Shown one piece after another: positions 37,301 to 46,300 of a stretch of DNA of 64,000 nucleotides. Where the stretch lies: the NCBI GenBank assembly GCA_964441265.1, contig CAYYKJ010000005.1:29867-93866 (forward strand), read 5' to 3'. Made by a program: the position numbers and the translations under genes. Every line of letters begins with the position of its first letter. Position 1 is the first letter of the stretch. Under the pieces are notes generated by a model that saw nothing but the letters and a program-made list of their open reading frames with translations, was not told the DNA's origin and did no database searches. The DNA is from an uncultured archaeon. GTDB taxonomy: Archaea > Aenigmatarchaeota > Aenigmatarchaeia > QMZP01 > QMZT01.

Positions 37301-40300
37301 TCACCACCAGGGTTATGTTGTCCTTCTCCAGCTTTCCCGTTCCCTCTGACGTGTTCATCTGGTTGAAACTGTCGTTCACCCGGAACCTGTAATTATAGGT
37401 TTCGTTGTCATCTCCCGCGTATAGATCGGTCCCGTTATAATCCTTCGCCTCCATGGAGCAGGTATAGGGTGCCTGCTGCGTGGTGGAATTCTTCATGACC
37501 CAGATTCCGCTCGCGTTCGACCAGAGTTCGCATGTAACGTTGTCATTCTCCGGGTCCGTTATGCTCACGTTGTAGGTGAATGTGGAACCCCATCCCTCCT
37601 GGTAGGGATCCACCGAGAGGGAGGACCATCCGGGCTCAAGGTTGTCCAAAAAGAACCAGTCCCCCTCCGAAACGCTCCCGTTGTTGTAATAGGTCCCGGA
37701 GTAGTTCATCCTCACGTCCCAGTCCCCCTCGTCCTTTCCCGTCGAGTCCCAGGAGCAGTTGTACCATCCGTCCCCCTCGTCATCCACCGGCGTGCATTCC
37801 TCCCAACTCATCCCGTCCAGGCTCACTTCGAAGGTCGCCCCAAGACCGGAAACCATCTCCCCTTCATCATCGGTGACGTTCCCCCTCAGCGTGACAATGT
37901 CCGTAACGTTGTGGTCCTCCTCGTACTCCACCATACCGAAGAGATCACCGAACACGGTCACGTTATAAACGCTGGAGTTCTCGTCATCATAGTACTCGTC
38001 CCCCTCCGTCCCTATAATCCACTCCTGCCTCCCCACCGAATAGATCCCGGACGGATCAAAGCTGAAGTTCGCATACCCTTCCGGATCGGTCACCCCTGAG
38101 CTGTCCGGATTATACCCGGCCCCGTCAGTGGTCACCCACAGACTCACGTTAACATCACTCCCCAAGAAGGCGTCCCTGTCCGTGTCGAACACCCTCACCT
38201 TCAGGTCCGTGGAATTCGTCCCCGACCTGTTCACCTCGCTCTCGTTCCCCGCGACATACTCAATCGAGACGTTGTCCTTCTGCACGTATGGACCGCTGAA
38301 TGTAGTTGTATTGGTCAGGTTGTGCTTTTTGTCTCCGGTGGAGTTCAGGTCGTTGTATTCGAACAGGTAGTTCCTTGTCTCTTCCGTGTCGGAGAAGGAG
38401 AACGGACTTATGGTCCAGTTCACCATCGTGCCGGAACTCACGACCTTGGTTTCGTTCCTCATCCATGTCCCTCCGGGGTTCACCCAGAGCGTTATGTTGA
38501 TGTCATCGTCGTTGTTGTCGAATACCTGGACAGAATAATTGTATTCGGCTCCCCACCCGTCCACCTGCTCTGTGACCTGTGCGTTGCTCAGGACCGGAGG
38601 ATCGTTCACTATGGAAAGGTTAAGGGTGACCGTTTCCCAGCATTCGTTCGCCGGGGAACAGGCCGTTCCCGTGGCGTTGGCCCTCAAGATATACACTATC
38701 CCCTCCTCTTCTTTGTCATCTGACTGGGAGGTGGCATTTATGTTTATTTTCATGGTATTCCCTCCCGGGAGGGAGGAGACCGGATCCGGGAAGAAGTAGA
38801 CAACCGGATCGGGCGGCATGTTCAGACATGCCCCGGAGAGACATTCTATTTCCACGTCGGAGAGGTTTCCGCTGCCGAAGGCCACGAGGGTGAAATTCCC
38901 GATGGTCGTGGTTGTCCCTGAAGAGGCGTTCCCGTAGACGACCGATTCTGATATTTCAAGCTTATAGTTTGGTGTGACATTCACCATGGTCTGGTTGGCG
39001 GCGGACTTGTTCACCAGGTTCCCTTGGGTCCAGTTTCCGGTGAGGTTCACGTAATATATTCCCTCCGTGGTCCCGTTGATCACGGTTATGGTGAAATTCT
39101 CTGTGCAGTTTTCCCCGGGAAGGATGTCCCCGCAGTCGTGTATGGAAGGGGAAATGGTCCAGTTTTCGGGCATGGTGTGGTTGTTTATGGACGCGTTGTA
39201 AAGCTTTGAAAAGCCGGTGTTGTTCAGGGTGACCTGTATTTCGAATGTCCTGTTGCTGCTCCTGTTGATCCCGTCCACTATGTTCTCCTCCGGAATTATG
39301 AGCAGGTCAGCCGAAGTGTCGTTTGTCTGGAGGAAGAAGGCGTCCACCTTTTTGTATTCACCCCCGTATCTCAGGTTGTGGTCGGTGGAATTCATGGTTA
39401 TGTTGTAGTTTCCCATCTTACCACCGCTGGAATTCCACGTGCAGTTGTACCATCCGCCGCCGTCATTTGTCACGGGGGTGCACTGGGTCACGTTATCCGC
39501 CTCGTTTTCCAGATAGTAGAAAACCTTCCCGTCCAGCGTCTGGATGGTGTTGCCGCAGTCGTCGGTGGCCCTGCCCCTGATGGGAACGTTTTCTCCCTCC
39601 GTGTAGTCCTCCCCGTCGGGTATTTGTATCTGGTGGTATATCTGTCCCCAGATGTTCACGTTTTGGCTGGTGATCGTTGCGGTCTTGTAATAACTGTTTT
39701 CGGGGATCTCTCCCATGAAGTCCTGCTGCCCCAGGAAATATTCCCCATCCCCGTCCGTGCTGTTGCACCCCGGGTTAAAGTACCTCCTGCAGTACCCGGG
39801 GCTCGTGGTGTTAGAGAAGGAGTCGTAGTTCGAGAAATCTCTGGTCACGTTCAGACGGCATTCGATCTGATGCGTGATGAGACCTCCCCTGTCCAGATCG
39901 GTTATGTTGTATGAGATCAGCGTCAGAGTGTATTGATCCCTGGGGGCGTGACAATTGGAGCAGTCGGTGACCTCCAGTTCTATGTCGTCCTTCTCAAGCG
40001 TCCCGTTCTCCGTCGTTGTGTTTACTTCGTTGAAGGTGTCGTTCAGCCGGAACTTGAAAAGGTAATCACCCTGATAATCCCATTCGTAGTCATCCGCGTG
40101 GAGCGAGCATATGTACGGTGCCTGGGCGGTCATCCTCCCTTTGAGGACCCATCCCCCGCCCGCGTTGCTCCATAGCGTGCAGGTCACGGAATCGTTCTCC
40201 GGGTCGCTGACTGTGGTGTTGTATGTGAAATTGTATCCCCAACCGTCTACAGGGGGATCCACCAGCAGCGGGGATGAGTTGTAAGGCTCAAGGTTGTCCA

Positions 40301-43300
40301 AAAAGAACCAGTCCCCCTCCGAAACGCTCCCGTTGTTGTAATAGGTCCCGGAGTAGTTCATCCTCACGTCCCAGTCCCCCTCGTCCTTTCCCGTCGAGTC
40401 CCAGGAGCAGTTGTACCATCCGTCCCCCTCGTCATCCACCGGCGTGCATTCCTCCCAACTCATCCCGTCCAGGCTCACTTCGAAGGTCGCCCCAAGACCG
40501 GAAACCATCTCCCCTTCATCATCGGTGACGTTCCCCCTCAGCGTGACAATGTCCGTAACGTTGTGGTCCTCCTCGTACTCCACCATACCGAAGAGATCAC
40601 CGAACACGGTCACGTTATAAACGCTGGAGTTCTCGTCATCATAGTACTCGTCCCCCTCCGTCCCTATAATCCACTCCTGCCTCCCCACCGAATAGATCCC
40701 GGACGGATCAAAGCTGAAGTTCGCATACCCTTCCGGATCGGTCACCCCTGAGCTGTCCGGATTATACCCGGCCCCGTCAGTGGTCACCCACAGACTCACG
40801 TTAACATCACTCCCCAAGAAGGCGTCCCTGTCCGTGTCGAACACCCTCACCTTCAGGTCCGTGGAATTCGTCCCCGACCTGTTCACCTCGCTCTCGTTCC
40901 CCGCGACATACTCAATCGAGACGTTGTCCTTCCGGACATCCGCTCCCTGCGAGCCGGTATCGTCCTTCCCTCCCTCATAATCGCTCGCATTGAACTTGTA
41001 CGACCTGGACCCCACGTCATCGATGTTCCAGCCAGGATCGTGCAGAAATGACACTCTCTCATCCGTGCAGGGACAGCTGACATCCATGGAATTGACGAGT
41101 TCCCACCCGCCCCCCCTGTCATACCATAAGCTCACGTTCACCGTGTCCGGGTTGACCTCGTTCAAATCCACCGAATAGTTCCACCATTCCCCCCATCCCC
41201 CGTCCTGTTCCGTCGCTGAAGACGGGCCGCTCAGCACGGGATCGGTGGTGTTGACAGAAAACCTCCCGCCGAAGGAATCGCTCCCGTCGTTGTAATATGT
41301 CTTGCTTGTGTTGACCCTGACGTCATAAGTACCATACGTCTGGTCATGGGGGACGTCCCACGTACAATTATACCAGCCGCCCCCCTCGTCATTCACGGAG
41401 CAGCTGCCGGTTATCTCCTCCCAGCTCCCGCCGCCCGGAAGAACCTCTATCGTGTTCGAGACCCCGCTTACCATGCTGGAGTTGTCATCCGTGACGTTCC
41501 ACCTGAAAAGAACGGAATCGCTCCCGGCCCTGTAGGTCTGGCCGGATGGCTCCTGGAGGGAGGCGTTCAGTTCGCCTATGATGTTCAGGGACCCCTCTGA
41601 GCTGTTGGAATCCTTGTAATACGCTCCCCCCGATATTCCCGCCTTCCAGTTCTGGACTCCTGTGGAATAGTTGTTATCGGGCTCGAAATCCAGGGTGCAG
41701 TGTCCGGTACTGTTGGTGGTGTTTGTCCCTTCGTGTATGTAATTGGAGCCGTCCTTGGTTATCCAGAAGTGACAAGTGATATCAGGGACCGGAAAGCCCC
41801 TGTCAGTGTCGTTTACGAATGCTGTGAGGGTCATTTTCTGTGAGCCGCTCCTGTTGACCTCCCCCCCGTCACCTTCCGTCAGGGAAACCCCCGTGTCATC
41901 CTTCTCCACGGTTACCGGATAGGCAGGGGTGATGTTAGTCTCGTATTCGTCGTCTATCAGCAATCTCCAGTATTGGTTTCCCACAGCATAACGGCTCCAT
42001 GAGGATTTGACGTTCAGGTAGTTCCATCCAGAACACCCCCAGCAGGTGGTGGAGTTCATCGTACTCCATGATCCAGTCCTATTCTCCTGCACAGAGACAG
42101 TTATGTTGTCGGCCTGGTCCTGGTCGCTGACATTGATATAGAAATCCCACGTCTCTCCCCATCCCTTGTTATCGTCTCCAGACACGTCCTTGTACTGAGG
42201 CACGTAGTTTTTCAGGATGAATTCCTGAAGCGAGGAATGGCTCGTCTGTCCCAGCGAATTGTTGGCGTACCAATAATAGCTCATGTTCTGGTGGGACTGG
42301 GTGTAGTTTCCCTGACCTATCGTTATATAATACTCGTCGCTGGCGTTCTGGGCTCCCGTATAATTCATCACGTGCGTTCCGTTGTGGAATTCAAGGGCGG
42401 TCCAGTTGACACCGTAGTCGCTGGTCATGGTCACGTTTATCTGGACGTCCTGGACTATGTTTGGGGGGTCGGGGTCTATCTTATGCCCGGAGAAGCTGAC
42501 CCCCACTATCTCCAGGTCCTTCACTGTCTCCTCCGAGGTGGTGTGACCCTCCACCGTATACGTCGTGTTGACCAGTATGGGATACGTTCCCAGTTCGGAA
42601 GGCGCCTGGAAAGTGATGTTGTAGTCCCCGTCAGCGTCGGTCTCGAAAACGTAATCCTCATTCCCTGTTTCGGTGACATCAGGCTCGGCCCCGAAGAGGG
42701 ATATCCTGTAATTGTCCATAAGTGAATCCGAGGCACTTTCTCCCCAGAGAGAGGCATTATATGGGCCTCCCGGAAGCGAGACCGAATCGTTGCTTACCTT
42801 GGCCTCATCTATGTCCGTGTAAGATTCGGCATATGTATCGTTTCTTAACATGGTCATGTTATGCCAGACGAAGGTGTCTGAGTTAAAGGTTTCATTTGAT
42901 GCAATCGAAAGATAGTTGTATAACCTTATCCGGTTGTAATTGCCTGACCAGTATTGGGCGGTTGAAGCCAGGAACGTTGTATTATCCTTGTAAACACACG
43001 GACCCACTTCGTAAAAATCATAATACTTGAGTTCCGCCGTTATGTTTACGTAGTTGTAGTTTTCCGTGAAATTACTAACGACCCATTTATAATTCTGGTT
43101 GGAGCCGCCAAGACTCATATTACCCTCGCTGCAGTCCAGATTACTTGTACAGTCCTCACCTTCACCCCAGTCTGAAGCGTAATCGTCCTTTATGCACTTC
43201 CACCCGTCGCAGTCGTTGTCGCTGAAATCGTCATAGAATACGTAGCAGGTATCACCCTCGTATTTCATGCAGACTTCCCCGTAGTCCGGATCCCCTGACA

Positions 43301-46300
43301 GTGGGTTGCCGTAGTACATGGTCACGTTGAATATCGAATCTTCCGAGAGGTTGGCCTTGAACCATATCCTGGTTGAGGAGTCGTTGCACGCGGTTTGGTT
43401 GGACCACTCCAGCTCCTCGCCGTCCTGGAAGATCCTGAGGTCGGAGCAGCTGGCGTTGAGCTTCCCCTGGGAAACGAGGGTCTCGGTGTCTATGTCCGCG
43501 TAAACCGGGAACTGGTCTATCCCCTGCCCTCCGGTGTTGTTTATGCTCAGGTTCTCTCTGTATGCCCAGTTGTAGTCCCACCACCCCTCTGGATGGGAGT
43601 CACCTATCGAATATATGTCCACCATCCCGTTTATCAGGGTGCCGTTCATGTACATGTTGAAGGCGTGGTTCGCGAGGTCGGTTCCGTTGGTGAGATTTAT
43701 GTGTCCCCAGGCGGAGACGTATTCATGCTGGACCGTGGTCTCGTTTGGCTCCAGTGTTTCGGAAATTAGTATGCCGGGATAAACTAGGAGATTCGTTGAA
43801 TTTTTTCCTGATACCTCATCATCATTAACGGTCACCGTATATATTCCGTAATCTCCGGAGGAAATGTTCGGTGCCAGGAAGGATATGTTGTAGTATCCCG
43901 TTGCGTTGCTCATGTCTGATCCGTAAAACGTGTCGTTCAGGTAAAGGCTTATGTTCTCGTTTTCGATAGGCGAACCAGTTGAGGAATTGACGACCTGACC
44001 GTAAACGCTTATGTTTTTTCCCGAAAAGGTTTCATTCTCCGACAGCTCTTCTGAAATATTGATTTTCGTTTCAATGTCAGTTTCAGTGCTGTTGACCCAT
44101 GAAGACCATTCCGTCCCGTTGTATGCCCTGCAGCTGAACTTCCATGATTGCCAGCTGGTGATGTAAGAGCTGTCTACCATATCCAAAAAATTGCTCTGGT
44201 CGTTCGTCCAGAAGGAGCTGTATTCGCTGGAGTCCGTGGTCACGCTGGGATCGCTCACATTATGATTGCCCGTGTCGCCGTCCCCGATCTGGCCGTCGCC
44301 GCCATGTCCCCAGCACAAAACCCTGCCGTCGCTTTCGCGGATTCCGCATGTATGATAATAGCCGGCGGCAACGCTCGTGTATTCGCTCGAATCCGTGGTA
44401 ACGTTAGGATCTCCCGCCCCGTGGATGCTTGTGTTCCCATCGCCCAGGCGCCCGTATGTCCCGTTACCCCAGCACAAGACTCTGGAGTCATTGGCCCTTA
44501 TCCCGCATGTATGGTAGTTCCCCGCAGAAACGCCCAGGTATTCGCTGTCGTCCGTGGTCACGTTTGGATTGCCCACGCTGTGGTCGCCGACGACACCGTC
44601 CCCGAGTTGGCCGTGGTCACCGAACCCCCAGCACAAAACCCTGGAATCATTAGCACGAATACCGCAGGTATGTTGAAATCCGTTAGAGACGCTAATATAG
44701 GCGCTGTCGTCCGTTGTCAGGGTGAAATACGGTACGTTGTGCTGGTCAGTTCTTCCGTCCCCGATCTGTCCATTGTTCCCGCGTCCGCAACAGAGCACTC
44801 TGGAATCGTTGGCACGAACGCCACATGTATGCACTCCTCCCGCACTCACGCTCAGGTAAGCACTGTCATCCATGGTCAAGTTCGGGCTGCCCACGTCATG
44901 GATATCAACATTCCCGTCACCCAATCTCCCCCCGTATCCGTATCCCCAGCACAGCACCCTCGAATCGTTCGCCCTGATGCCGCATGTATGGGCATCCCCC
45001 GTCGAAATGCTGAGATATGCGCTCTCATCAGTGGTCAGGTTCGGATGTCCCACGCTGTGGGCGTTGGTGTCCCCGTCACCCAGCTGACCTTCGTTACCCA
45101 GACCCCAGCACAACACCCTGGAATCGTTGGCACGAACGCCACATGTATGCACTCCTCCCGCACTCACGCTCAGGTAAGCACTCGTATCCATGGTTACATT
45201 GGGAGAACCCGCCTCGTGGGCGTTGGTGTCCCCGTCCCCGAGTCTTCCCTGGTTGCCTAACCCCCAACACAAAACCCTGGAATCGTTCGCCCTTATGCCG
45301 CATGAATGTTCATCACCTGCGCTGATGCTCCCTTTCTTGAAGGCCGTCCCGTTCACCCACTCGACTGAATCATTATACCATTTGTATTCGAACTTCCGTA
45401 TCTCGGCGTCCTCGTCCCCGGTCGCATTGCAGTACCCTCTCAGGTTGTCGTTGGGGTTGGCCGTGTCGGGCTTTATGGTCACGTCGTTTATGGAGACGGA
45501 GAGGATATCGTATTCATCCCCGCCCTCGTCCTGGCTCTGGTTTGTGCCTTCTTCCACCGGCTGCATGGTTGTTATGTTGTTGACCGCATTCCAGGCGTCT
45601 ATCCTTGAGATGTTTGTCGTATAGGTCGAATTGACCTGATAGGGTACCGGTTTCCCGGTGGTCTTGAGCATATGCTCCACCTCTCCGGGCAGGAGGGGTT
45701 CGTTCTCCAGAAGCAGTGCCGAAACCCCCGAAACGAAGGGGACGCTCATGCTGGTCCCGCTCCTTTTCGAGTATTCCCCTCCCATGGTCCTTACCCGGAT
45801 GTCCTCCCCGGGGGCGAGGAGATCTGTCCAGTGATTCACGCTGGAGAAGGAGGCGATTTCGTCATCCTTGGTGGATGCCGCCACGCTTATCACCCCGGAG
45901 CCGCAGGCGGGAGACTTTATTTTCCGGGAGCCGTCGTTCCCGGTCGCCGCTATGACCAGAGTCCCATTGTCGACGAGCTGGTTGCAGTATTCAGCCACCG
46001 GGTTGGAGTCGCAGTAGCCGTCGTAGCTTCCGGAACCTATGGAGAGCGAGATTACATCCGCACCCTCCTGTTCGCAGTATTCCAGACCTTCAAGCACGTC
46101 GGATTCGTATCCTTTCCCGTCCCTGTCGATGACCTTGGCGACGACAAGGTCTATACCCGGTGCGACCGAATCCAGTATGCTGGCCACCTCAGTGCCGTGT
46201 CCCTGGTCGTCCCATGGGTCGTTGTCATCGTTCACGAAGTCGTGGCCTTGGGAGAAGGAATGGATATACATATAGTTGATTCCGGTGTCCAGGAAGCAGA

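Noticed and set aside
37580-40932. Repeated sequence blocks that might have been a CRISPR array or a mobile-element duplication.
   Set aside because: The repeats are 648 bp long and spaced 2652 nt apart, and they are in frame within a coding region. There are no short direct repeats with unique spacers and no cas genes in the window.
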